Shown: piece after piece, positions 52,172-64,000 of the stretch
Layout: each line of letters begins with the position of its first letter
Numbering within the stretch: position 1 is the stretch's first letter
Origin: Callorhinchus milii
Taxonomy: Eukaryota
NCBI RefSeq assembly: GCF_018977255.1
Contig: NW_024704756.1
Coordinates: 6,138,001 to 6,202,000, forward strand
DNA: 64,000 bases
Reading direction: 5' to 3'
Notes under the pieces: model-generated
Told to the model about the DNA's origin: nothing
Seen by the model: only the letters and a program-made list of their open reading frames with translations
Database searches by the model: none
Program-made: the position numbers and the translations under genes

Positions 52172-53169
52172 TACAACATGGTCACTGCTGCAGTTAGGAC
52201 ATAGAAAGCAGTGCATTCCCCTTTTTCTTAACAAAGAAAACTGTAAGTCTCACAACCACGCTCAGAGAAAGAGAAAATTTACATGCTACAACAACAACTT
52301 GCACTTATATAGCACCCTCCACGCAGGGTAGCATCCCAGAGTGCTTAACAGTGGAGGAGCGTGATGCTGAGCTGGGGGCGGGGGAGGTGACCTGCCATCA
52401 TGGTAGCAGATTGAAACAATTAATTGGAATGTTTTGTTTTGCAATGTGGTCAAGATAACGCGCTGTGTTGGCCTGTAACCTTGAAACTCAGTTCACGACT
52501 GAGATATTGGAACTCTCCTGAAAACGGCAAGAAACAATTGTTTCCATTTATTTATTGTTTCCATTTAACTTTAGAATAAAACAAATACCAGAGAGCAAGT
52601 TACAGGCTGTAATTCGAGAGCAGGATTCCTTCTCACAACTTCTCACATGCTCACAACTTGCTCTCGGCCTTCTAGAGTTTATGTGATGTGATCTGATCCT
52701 CTTGATTACTTTTCAGGCATTTGTGCACATCAATTATTCTATGTACTAACAGCACAATGAATATCTTACATCAAAATCAGTGCTCAGCTGACTGAAATAT
52801 CTAAGATGTCACAGCTCCGCAAATAGACCGCCCCATTCATTGTGCATACATGTTACATATTAATATACATTAAGACTTATTTTTCCAATATGCATTACCT
52901 TTTATCCCGCTAGATGGAAAGCACCCCCCAAGATGGTCAATCTACTTAATGTTTAAGACGCATTAAAGTAAACCTCCATTCGCACATGACTTACCTTTTA
53001 ATAAAAATATCCCATTTCTTTTAAAAAAAGGGCATTTAGTTAACTGTTGAAAAAGGAGAAATATTAAAGGATATGGGGAGAGAGCAAGAGATTGGGATAA
53101 GATGAGAAGGGTCATGCGGAGAAAGATTAGTGCAGATTTGATGGGTTGAACGGCCTGTTCCTGTGCTCA

Positions 53170-53520
53170 TTCTGGTTTTGCCAAACCCCACTGGCTCCCA
53201 GTCTCCCAGCAGATTGATTTCAAGGTCCTTGCGCTCACTCTGAATTCTAATCCCCTTGCACCTCCTTGACTCTCTGATCTTTCTCCCTGCACCTCTGCTC
53301 AACCTATCCAGTTGGCAAACTGGGGCTTGTGGCGTGTTCCCTGCCTTCTCCATGTCACCACCAGTGGCTGAGCCTTCAGTTTCTAACCTTTGGAACTCCT
53401 TCCGTCTACCCCTATGTCTCTCTCTCTCACCCCCCCCCACTAAATCAGTCTTTAATACCCACTTTAAATCCATCAGCTTTGAACGCTTTTGTGGCCACCT
53501 CCCTATCTCCACCCTTGTTT
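53170..53520 (+). mobile_element. L2 ORF2 3' remnant, preceded by a CR1-like tail (~53130-53170)
   Basis: cactggctcccagtctcccagcagattgatttcaag (HWLPVSQQIDFK) and ctttggaactcccttccg-like motif. CR1-like gatgggttgaacggcctgttcctgtgct upstream. Confidence 0.75.
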
Positions 53521-54927
53521 GATTGGTGTCCGGTGCTGCATTGCAATGTTAGAGCTGCTGTCCCTCGGATGAAATTGGTCATTGATTTCATGGTTGTTTG
53601 TGTGCACAAAATGGTTGTCTCATTTGCCTACAAATACAGTCACTTCACTTGTCAACAATAACAGTTGAGAGGTTCATGTTATTAGGATTAAATGCAAGGA
53701 TTACTGTTACAATCTGTTCCATTTGGGAAGTTTCAATGGTAAGTGGTTAATGTTAATGGCCGTCTTACATTTTTTATTTTGAGACCAAAAAGCGGAAAGT
53801 GCCATCATGTGGTTGAATTGCATTTGCATTTGCAATTCAACTGATGACATGCTTTCGATCACTTTGATTTCAACAAACCAATCCTCAAACTAAAATGTCT
53901 CCAATTTACCATGTACTTAGAGATTATAGCAATTGAAGCCAGCATGGTGCACATTTGTGATATGTTGTGTTTTCATAAATTATCTTTTAATTGTTTAGCT
54001 CAACTCCAAAGATCTCTTTTGTGTTCTAACAACTCTGCTGCATTTAAAAGATGGCACATTTTAATAATGCACATGCACACAGTTCTCTGCTAAGTGTTCT
54101 TAACAGTCTGCTGACGCATTATGGAAAGCCAGCTTGACGGGTTGAATCTAGAGCTATTTTCACTGCTTCATTTAGTGCAATTCTGGATCCGCAGTGACAA
54201 TGATTCAGTTTAATCTATAATTTTTCTGATTAACATTTCTATATGCTCTAATTATGACCTATTGCTATAGAGGTATTGTCTATTGTCATGCTAAAACTTT
54301 GATTCTCAATCTGTGGTAAATTAACTGATCTCAGAGGGGAACAATAGGCCTTCAGGAAGGGATAAAATCAGTCAGCTATTTTGCTCCTCGTGTACAAATG
54401 TGTAGATATTAGGTGAACATGGGATCAAGCAGCAAGCTTGACACACAGAATGATCAGCTGAATGAAGGACCAGAAGGTTACCGACAGCTGAAGCTGCACC
54501 CCAGCACTAACTTAATACATTGAGGAGGATAAGGAAATTATTGGAAGCAGAAGAAATTAGAGGCGGTAGGAAGATTTTGAGATTTGGCTCATTCTATTAT
54601 TATAATTGCATTTGAATATAGTGCCCACCACATCAGTGGCATGTCTCACAGTGTTTTACAGGACCTAATATCATGTGCAGTGAGTGTATCTTGCAGGCAA
54701 GCATCGTTTGCTCCATTAAATGATGCTGGTCATTAACCAAGTGAATGACAAGCACTTTCAATGAAAGAAGAATTCATTAAAATAATTATTCTAACAACTG
54801 GACGAGTTTAGTGGTTGGTAGAACAAATTGCTTAGTTGAATCTCTATTGAAACAGAGTTTTCACGTTAAGCTGGAATCCAAAATGCCCAAAATGGAGATA
54901 GCAGTGACCAAAAGACCATTGAGCACA

Positions 54928-55345
54928 TGTTGGCCAAGTTTCCTGACTCCACACGCCTCTGCTTACCTAGCAGTAAGTAGCAACCTGATTGTTAATCGAT
55001 TGGCGGATCACTTTTACGAGGTAATAATTACTTCAAAACAAAGTAATAATAATAAATTGGTCCCTTCAATCCACGACTGTTTGTGGGAGACTGCTGTGCG
55101 CAATTGGCTGCCACGTTTCACCCACAAAATATAGAGTCAATTCACTTTACAGTATACTCTGTGAAGTGCTTTGAGATGTGTAGAAGATGTGATAAGGGCT
55201 ATATCAAACGCAAGGATCATGCAAAGCAGAAAATAATTTCTGCCAATTCCTTCATAAGGTCTAAGGATGATTCTTTCTGACCCACAGACCTGATTCAGCA
55301 ACTGCAACCATGCAGCTGGAACAAATGCAAGGATTATTATGATGT
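54928..55345 (+). mobile_element. SINE with an interrupted, duplicated tail
   Basis: Body from ttggccaagtttcctgactccacacgcc. The tail motif caaa(c/t)gcaaggat appears at 55205 and again at 55322. Confidence 0.88.
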
Positions 55346-56006
55346 TATTATTGTTATGATAGCAAACCCCCTTCTTTGTTCTCACTAGTTTCCTGGGTAA
55401 TATTATATGAGATATAGTTTTATAACCAGCTATTCGGAATGAAATTTTCTTAATAATTTCCAAACTAAGAATTGGGGAAGTAAATTAAAATAGTACAAAG
55501 GTTATTTATTAAAGTAGACTACTTTTGTCTTCCTGTTTCAAATACTTCCAGCATCAATACTTTGTGCACTTTTGCACATTGCTTTATTTACAGGCAGGTG
55601 ATTTCCATTGCAGTTTTTAAATCTTGCTAGAGAAACTTCTCACAAGGGGTACATTAAGTCAGAGTTTAAAGAGAAGCACACTTGAGCTACAAATGTTTGA
55701 CGTATTTTTATTCTAAAATCTTTTGTTGCAGGCAACGCTTGACTACCTTTTCTCAGGAGGGTGCCAAGTAATCATTGCTTAATATGTGCTGCTCACTGAC
55801 TGGTAAACTAGAGACGGAATTAAATACCTGCAGTGATGGCGATTTTATCTTAATCACTTCATTCATCATTTGGTGCACCAGAGGTGCTCATTTTGCGAGA
55901 GGGAGGGAGGGAAATCATTTCTGCCAATTCCTTCACATGGTCTAAGGATGATTCATTCTTACCCACAGACCTGATTCAGCAGCTGCAACCATGCAGCTGG
56001 AACAAA
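55231..56006 (+). repeat. 95-bp direct duplication (55231-55325 / 55912-56006)
   Basis: Ungapped alignment at offset 681 with 6 mismatches counted by hand. Confidence 0.95.
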
Positions 56007-56259
56007 GTCAACTATGTCCCTTGAAGCCACAGAAGGTACCCAAGAGATGTACATTGAACTCAGCTCTCGTTAGTTAATGAGTTACAGGAAAATTCACACT
56101 TATCAGCATTTGCGCCATTACCTCTATTGGTGGATTGATGTTTTGACATTGCACTGTATTTTGTCTTGTAGAGTTATAGCTTTCGATATATACTGTACTA
56201 TGATTAGTGTGGCTTGAATAGTAAATATTTCAATACAGTATTACAGAGAACCCTAGAAA

Positions 56260-56680
56260 TGTGCAGCATAGAAATTGGCTATTTGATCCAATGTGTCTGC
56301 TGGCTCTTGAAAAGAGTGATCCATTCAATCCTGTCTTTTACCTGTCTTTTACCTGTCTTTTCCCCATGCCTCCTGCAGATTATTCCTCTTTAGATATCTA
56401 TCTAGTTTCTTCTTGACAGCTGATATGGATTCTGCTTCCCCACTGCACCCAGAAGGGCATTCCACATCCTAACAACTCTCTGTGTAAAGAAAAATCTCCC
56501 TCATCTCCTAATCAATCTGATCTAATCTAATTTATGCCCTCAAGTTGTTGACACACCATCCAACGGAAATATGTTTTCCCTTTTTATTCTATCAAAACCC
56601 TGCATAATTTAAAAACATAACTCCATCGGATCTTCCCTCAACCTTCTCTGCTCCAATGAAAACAGGCCCAGTTCCTCTTA
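56260..56680 (-). mobile_element. CR1-clade LINE 3' end
   Basis: catagaa...ggctatttgatcc start, then gcattccacatcctaacaactctctgtgtaaagaaaaat and ccctcaaccttctctgctccaatgaaaaca, typical of reversed chondrichthyan CR1 ends. Confidence 0.75.
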
Positions 56681-57638
56681 AAAGTTACTACCTTTTTAAA
56701 CCAAATTGTTTTGTTTAAAGAAAACACTACAGCCAGTCGAAATTTACTGACACTCTTTAAACACCCACATGATAAATTCAGGGGTAGAAGAGAAGGAAAG
56801 TATTAACAACCCCAAAATAATATGGAGCAGAACAGATACAAAATGCTTTTGGCTCATATCATACACTTTACATGAGGAAATCTCAACTCCACAAGTTTCT
56901 TGCCACGTACACAAATTGTGTAATAAACATGGGGGCTGTAAGATACTATATGTGAAATATGATGGCTCATTGTCAACAGTTTTGTTATAACTTATTGATT
57001 TGTGTTTTGTGCCAATTTGAACTGTATAATTATTTGTTGGTGGTAGTTGAATCACAGAGAAAAGCACCGTCATATTATGCAACATGAACTCATATTTTCC
57101 CCTCTGAGAAGTGCACCACAAACATCTGTCATGTATTTTTCTATCTATTGTTAACTGTTTTTGGACATTCCAGCCATCAGTACAAACTTACTTCTCAATG
57201 TTGTTTTAAAAAAACTTGATTGCTTTTCAAAAACAGTCAATTCACATTGCCGGGAAAGCGATTAATCTTGCCGACCTTACGAGATGTATTTGCTCCCATC
57301 TCTATCCAAATGGATATTTAACGGCAAGTTTGACAAAGCTTCAGAAACTGCTTCTTTCTACAGTACGTCCATTGTATAAGTGGTTCATCTAGACTGTTTT
57401 CTGAAGCAGACATCATCACACTGGAATGAGAAACTTCACTGCCCCTGTTTGGCCTGGAGATAGAATTACACTCCTACAGTAACTAAAATCTTCAATAAAA
57501 TAAGGCAGCCCCATAAACATGGTAAATTAAGGTACAAGGTGATGGAAAAGAAAGAGACTTGTAAATATTTTTGGCCCTCACAGGGACACAGCTGTGAATT
57601 CCAATTTGTTGCTGCTCCCCAGTTTATTAATTAGATTA

Positions 57639-57810
57639 TTTTGGGTCAGCTGGTTGTCTGACACTCAGAAACCCGTCACCATACTTAAGAGTATCCAAAC
57701 CAAATATCCACAGACGCAAATCACTTCCACATGGAAATGTTTCTGAGGAATGAAACACACTCTCTCTCCCTGGAATGAATCACCCTCCTTACCCAATTTC
57801 AGAAAGCAAT
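57639..57810 (-). mobile_element. Unclassified A-tailed retroposon, short copy
   Basis: ttttgggtcagctggttgtctgacactcagaaacccgtcaccatacttaagagtatcc...cacatggaaat...ctctctccctggaat. Confidence 0.75.
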
Positions 57811-59419
57811 TGACAAAAGGCAAGAATTGGGGACTAATTTTAAATGAGTTAAAACATATTCTTTTAAATAGATGGAGGAGAAGTCAGAAGTGGTTGAAAT
57901 TACTAACAGCATCAGACATATCTGTAATACTTTGTACAGTGTGATTTCGTAGATTTAAAAAGTATAATCTCAGTAGGAAAATTAGACAGATCTTATGACA
58001 ATCCATTTTTAGCAATTTGATTGTCCATTGAAATCTCACACCTTTAATGTTTGCATCCTCATCTCATGCCCTTTATGTCAGAATGGGTAATATTGGCCAA
58101 GCCACAAGCGTTTACTATTGTTGTTCATCATTTGTACCATCAGAATTTTTACCATTCGTTAAAGCAGCAAGTGTGACCTCGGTTATTTGCCATTCCGGAA
58201 AGTAACAATGCAGTGCACCCTTTGCCTTATAATAGGGTGCATGAAAGATAACGACTCAATGTGCCGAGTTAAATGTTGAACCCACAGCTTCATGCCACCT
58301 TTTCTTTAGTTAAAATGAGCGTCCTCTAAGGAAATTGTGATTAATTCCGAATGTGTTTTTCCATTATTTGGCCTGCACTTCATGCAATATTTCAAGCAAG
58401 TAATTTATCAGGGGAGCAACAGCTGGTTAATTGTCTTAGACAAAGCATAAAACTGACTTATAATTGCTGCTTTATCAGTCTAGCAAAGCAAACTTCTTTA
58501 CAGTATATCATTACAAGACAATAAGATTTTGATTATATGAATGGAGAATCTTAGAATGGGAACAAAACAATTTAAAACAATTGCTGTCAACTCCAAATTT
58601 ACTGACTGTTTAATTACATGCTGTTCATTTTCATTGGTTTACATGACATGCACTATCAGCGAGGCTTAATACACTTCCATTATCCTTCATAAAATTCAAC
58701 TACTGAATAATGCATTCATTTAAGAATGCACTTAATGTTAATATAAAACATAAGGCCAAAAGGAAACACAAAGCAATGAATAGCAAATGTTATGCTTGAT
58801 AACGCATTTGAACTTAGAATGAATTAACTAATTGGTTAAAATTTGATGAAAAGTAAAAATTTTCACAGAACATTTTAAAATCCATTTTTTTTAAAAAAGG
58901 AACCAAACCAGCAGATGGCATAAACAGCTAACATAGCAGAAGGCAGTTATTTGATTCTTAATCGCTTGCAACAGAGTCAACCTTAAATTTTGCTTTGAAA
59001 GTTTTCCTTTTTTAAAAAAAAATAGATTATGCGAAATATGTGAAACATATGCTTTCCAAGTTTATGCATTTATCAGCTTGTCCCACCACCACTAGCCTCA
59101 CTTGCACCCAGGCTACAATGTGCCATGGTAACATTGTAGGAAATCCACACATATCCTTTCCTGCATTGTCACAGATATTCACTCAGTTTGCTATGAAATT
59201 CATAGCAGTAGGACACTGGTGCAGACACAGAATAAACAGCTGCCAGAGAAACCTTTGATCTCAACTCATGTTTCTGATCAACAACGGTTGCCAGTGTGCT
59301 GACCTGAGGTTATTGCATCAGTGCCCTTCTTGTTCCCAACATCTGTGATTATATTTCAAACGTCAGTGGCTTGAAGCAATATAAATGCTGCAAATTCCAC
59401 ACCAGCACTTGAAGTGAAT

Positions 59420-59618
59420 CTGCATTCTGCACATTCAGTACGGAATGAGGTAAGCAGGATGCATCCCTCCAGGGAGAGAGAGCGCATTCCATTCCAACAG
59501 TCTATCTCTGGGATTTCCATGTGTAAGTGAGATGCATGTAAATCGCAGCTTGGTTTAGCTACTCTTAAGTTGGTGATGGGTTTCTGCATGTTTGACACAT
59601 GTGGCTGACCAAAAAAAA
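59420..59618 (+). mobile_element. Unclassified A-tailed retroposon, plus-strand copy
   Basis: gcaggatgcatccctccagggagagagagcgc...gatttccatgtg...ctcttaagttggtgatgggttt...gctgacc followed by A8. Confidence 0.82.
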
Positions 59619-60878
59619 TACAACAATATGGGTTCACAAGACAAAATGCTTTAATTTAAGTACCTTTTTTGAAAAAAAATTAAAATTTCCACGACTTTCC
59701 CCAAAAAATTGTAGAGGATCTGACATGATAGGAAATTAAAATGCCACAATTTTGTGCATGATGGACAACAGGAAGTGAGGTTTTAGGTTCATTGACAAGG
59801 ACAGCTCATTTGCACAAGAGTAAATGTTGTTCCTGTTTCAGTAAGCAGCCAATGCAACATCTGCCTGCAGAGAGCAAGGTGAAGAATTACTTAATTAGTT
59901 TCTCTTTACCGCCTGATAAGCCAAATGAATTCATCAGCAAATGTTAATACAAATTGTTCCATTTGCTTCATGATAGGGGCAGACATAATTATTTTTCTAA
60001 ACTAAAGTCATTGAGTGCAAATTTTCTTGCTAACGGAGGCTGGAAGATATCTTATTAAAAAAAACCTGGGGGCGTTTATGGATTCCTGGAGTTTTGTTAT
60101 ATAAATTCTTTGATTTCAAATGTGGGTGTTTTCTTCAGCCCTTGTGCCATCTACTATTCAAATAAATAGTTTTAAAATAAAAAAGAAGTGTCAACATGAG
60201 GTACAGTAATTTTTATGTCAAGTACATTTGGTGTCATGTAGTACTGCTTAAACTAGCAATAACATTTGGTTACACAGTATCACATAGCATCTTAGCAATA
60301 GACCGTAGAGTGAGAAGATGCAAATTCCTCACATTACAGTAGTTTTCTTTGAACTGAATTCTTAAATAGTATGTGATCACTGGGAGATGGCCTTGTAAAG
60401 GCTCAGTGCTGCCCTATACAAAGGGCAAGTTATCCAATGTGATTTCTGGAGATTTTTTGTGATTTCCTTATAGCCGATTAAAAAAAAGACACTTGTCCTC
60501 ATTACACCAGGGTGCTCCTGGTGTTAATACACACAAAAGCTTGGCTTTTACATCTGGGACATTTTTTTTGTGTGCTACCAGGCCCCATGCATTGTATATT
60601 TCAAGCCCAGTGTGAATGATAATGTGCTTAAAGGCCAATTACTGCGCAAATAATTAGTACCAATTTTTCTCATTGGATTCAAGGTTGTCACGTCCAAGCA
60701 ATGAAAGTGCAACTTGGAAAGCACCAATCTTATAACCACAACTTACATGGAACACTTTTCTCACTAGTTATTAGGTAAGAGATGACACTGGCACGTACAT
60801 TGTGATGGAATGTTGATCGTTTGTACAAGAGATTTACACAATTTACGCACTCATAAAAGTTACTTCATATGCAAAACA

Positions 60879-61315
60879 AATAATAATCCTTGCATTTGAT
60901 ACAGTGCTTGATCACATTGTCGAGACATCTCAAGGCACTTTACAGGACACTTTGTGAAGTGCATCGACTGTGTATTTTGTAGGTGAAACGTGGCAGCCAA
61001 TTTGCACATTGCAATGTCCCACAACCAGAAGTGAGGATAATTTGAATTTTATTTGAGTGGAGGGGGAAAATTGTTGGCTAGGACACCAGGAGAAACTCCC
61101 TTCTCTTTTCAAATAGTGCCATGGGATCTTTAACGTCCACCTGAACAGGCAGAAGGGAGCTCGGTTTAATGTCTCACCTGAAAGATGGCACCTTCAACAA
61201 TGCAAACCCCCAGCACTGCATTGGAATGTCAGTTTACACAACGAGATTCCAAGTCCCAACGTAGTCTCACAAACTTCTGATTCAGCGGAGAGAAGGGCTA
61301 CCACTGAGCCAGAAT
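60879..61315 (-). mobile_element. Near full-length Deu-domain SINE (SacSINE1/AmnSINE1-like)
   Basis: atagtgccatgggatctttaacgtccacctgaacaggcaga...cggtttaatgtctcacctgaaagatggcacc is the reversed Deu domain. tRNA-like head (ctaccactgagcc) and shared tail. Confidence 0.88.
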
Positions 61316-62586
61316 GGTGCACTGTGTCATGGACCAGGGTGGACATGTTCTTAAAAATCATCTATTATGAAAGATATACAGGCGTTGACATTCAGATAAA
61401 CCCTAGCTCTGTAGTGCCATGTGTGAGTGAAGTGTAAGCTACCGCCCACGCTGGCTTCTGGTTTCCCTTATCCTAAAGGTACATAGTGATGCTGCACATC
61501 TTTTTATGCCACCACTGATGTGGATCAGCCACTTTATCTATGAAGGCTCTTCAGTTGAAATCAGGACAGCATGAAAAAACATTTTGTGTTGCGTGTGTTC
61601 ACAGTCACTTGCATTATGCCATCTCATTTCTGTAATACCAATTTATCAACGCACCCAGTGCAAACTGCAGAGTGATTTTTAATGGGATCTGAGCCTGGAC
61701 TAAACAGACATTTCTCTCAAGAAACCAATATTGGTTAGTCCTCAGGGTAATCATTTAATATATCTTCCACTGTATTTTCAGTATTTGTGTCAATGTTAGC
61801 CCTAAAGGGACCCATACATTTTATGGGAATACAGCAATTCCAGTAAGTAATTTCTCTTATGGGTGTGTTGCCAACTTGTAGTAAATTAATAAACCAACAT
61901 ACACTTAAATTAAATAAAAATATATTGGCTGGAGGCAGAGATTTTTTTTTACAATGGTTAGAGTGGAATCTAACCAAAATAACATCACCTTCGACTGATT
62001 TTAAATTGGGCAGTGGGTTTATTTTGTAATACATATATATCCAGTTTGTGCTGCTGGAAGCAAAGAGATTCATTATCAGATTTGAAGAAGAAAGTGATCT
62101 GGAGCAGGAAACCTGATTTTCTAGACAAAAATTACATTGGCTAGCAGCCGAGGAAAGCTCTGCACATGCACCATTAAACACATGAACAGAACCCTGCCAA
62201 CCAGCACCACATGCTAGTGCGTTGTTAATGTTATTAAAACGTTGGTTGAGTGAGCATCTCTTTAATGGGATTAAAAATGGTTTCTTACAAGTTCTTGGGA
62301 CATCCAACAGACTCCCCGAGGGCCTTGAGGGACCAATTTTGAGTAGAGGCTGAATTGATCCACCCCATTTGCAGTGGATCAAATCTATGCCCTGATGAAA
62401 CCATCTCCTCAAGACCATTTCAGCAAATTGGTTCCAGGAGAAATTGATGCATCTCAAACCTGACATGCCGTTTCTCGCATCAGTTCGGCATGATTTTTTG
62501 TGCCAACTGAGACAACTTTGGGTGTCTGTACACTTTATCTATTAAAATACATTTCCTTGCATGCACAGAATTCCATCCCTGATATA

Positions 62587-62945
62587 CAGGGTGTCCACAA
62601 AGTCTTGTTACCCCCATGTTTTTTTTTCCCCTATGGTGTACTGACCAACAACTGAAACATGTGGAAGAACGATAATAATTGTATTTAGAAGTAATTAATT
62701 TTGTTCAGTACAAGCGTTTCATTGTATTTAGACGTTCAGAGGATTGGTGTGAGTGAGAGCGCCATCATTTTTGAAGCAGATAATGATCCGTCGCCATGTT
62801 TGGTGCAATATCTTCAGTAACATGGATGGAGTCAGGTGGCGAAAAGCATCTCTGACAACTTGTTTCAGCTTCTCCATTGTCTCATATTGCTGTTTTGTAA
62901 CAAGAGCTAAGAGGATTTTGTGGATACCCTATAGACGCTGTGCAG
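62587..62945 (-). mobile_element. Decayed Tc1/mariner element: transposase C-terminus and one TIR
   Basis: TA|CAGGGTGTCCACAAAGTC terminus. Minus-strand L*GI...YETMEKLKQVVRDAFRHLTPSMLLKILHQTWRRIIICFKNDGALTHTNPLNV* (ends at 62728) fits the helices that follow the LWG motif of mariner transposases. Confidence 0.8.
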
Positions 62946-64000
62946 TTTACTTATTTATGGATTACCATCATTACTCTCCTACCACCATCTGCTGCTCATA
63001 GCCAGAGTACCAAAATACTTTTACATTAAAAAAATCAAAGCCACAATTTTGATAAACTCAATAGTGCATCCCTGCTCAGCATTCACATCCATTTTTACAG
63101 CAAATGTTTACATTTTCAATCTACTTACCTGATTGATCACTCCCTTCTATTTTGGATTTATTTCATGGGGTGCGCTTTCATAATCGAACTATTATTTCAG
63201 GGTCAGGCTATGGATAGATTTTATCCTGATTTTCTTAAGCGTTGGTTGAAAATAATTCAACTGAATGGGCTTTATTGTGATCTCTTAAAAATACTTCAGG
63301 ATTTTTAAAATTGAAATTAAGGTATAAATTTATCGTATAACATGGTTGATGCTTGAATAACTCAAAGCAATACCAAAAGGTTGCTCTACAATTACACATC
63401 AGCAAGTGATCCTCAGAAATACTCCAGAATGTTAGTTGCACATCTCCCCCTACTGCTGAAAGATTGTAAATGCCAGCAAACCTTTGTGAAAGATACACTG
63501 ATCAACCTTTGATCTTTTAAGTTATTTGTGATTCCTCTACCATTTAAATCATTTAACATACACCTTTAGAAAAATTCAAAGACTAGATATAACTGCAGTA
63601 TCTCCGAGTGTAAATGTGGATCACAGGACTGAGCAAATATTAATGTGGCTGACTCTATCAGACCCAATTTTGAATTGACCATTGAATTAAATCTCTCAAC
63701 AAGAAAATCCATCTCCAGTCCAGTCAATGCAATAAATATCACCCAAAATGGACTGTAAATTTCGCCTCAATATGAAAAATGGGTCATTACCAGTTATCTA
63801 TACAGGAGTAATTTTCCACTAAGGATTAAGATGGGGTCTAGTATTTGATAAGCTTTGCTGACAATTGCTTCACACAGCAGATGATCGATCGTCATTGCCT
63901 CAATGCCTCTTTCCTGCTCCACTCCTGCCAATGGACAGATTTCCTGTTCCAATATACATAATTACATGAATCTACAGCAAAGCAGCACTCCTGCTTCTAA

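Overview
This is vertebrate genomic DNA, not prokaryotic. The SINE/L2/CR1 repeat content points to a cartilaginous fish, possibly a chimaera (inference). The left half holds the 5' end of the formin gene DIAPH2 on the minus strand: coding exons at 27802-27644, 12945-12913, 10435-10259 and 8889-8785, plus a 21-nt microexon at 2647-2627. All splice in phase 0 with GT-AG sites, and the gene continues off the left edge. A CpG-island promoter lies at about 27.5-29.2 kb. The remaining ~35 kb has no recognisable gene and contains tRNA-derived SINEs, Deu-domain SINEs, L2 and CR1 fragments, a decayed mariner transposase end and an unclassified A-tailed retroposon family. I found no novel multi-gene system. 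The most interesting unexplained signals are: a set of local templated duplications (including a perfect 181-bp inverted repeat), SINE module swapping, the A-tailed family, the conserved UGC-type microexon, and an unexpectedly long 243-codon ORF. Family names come from recalled motifs, not database searches, and repeat boundaries are approximate.
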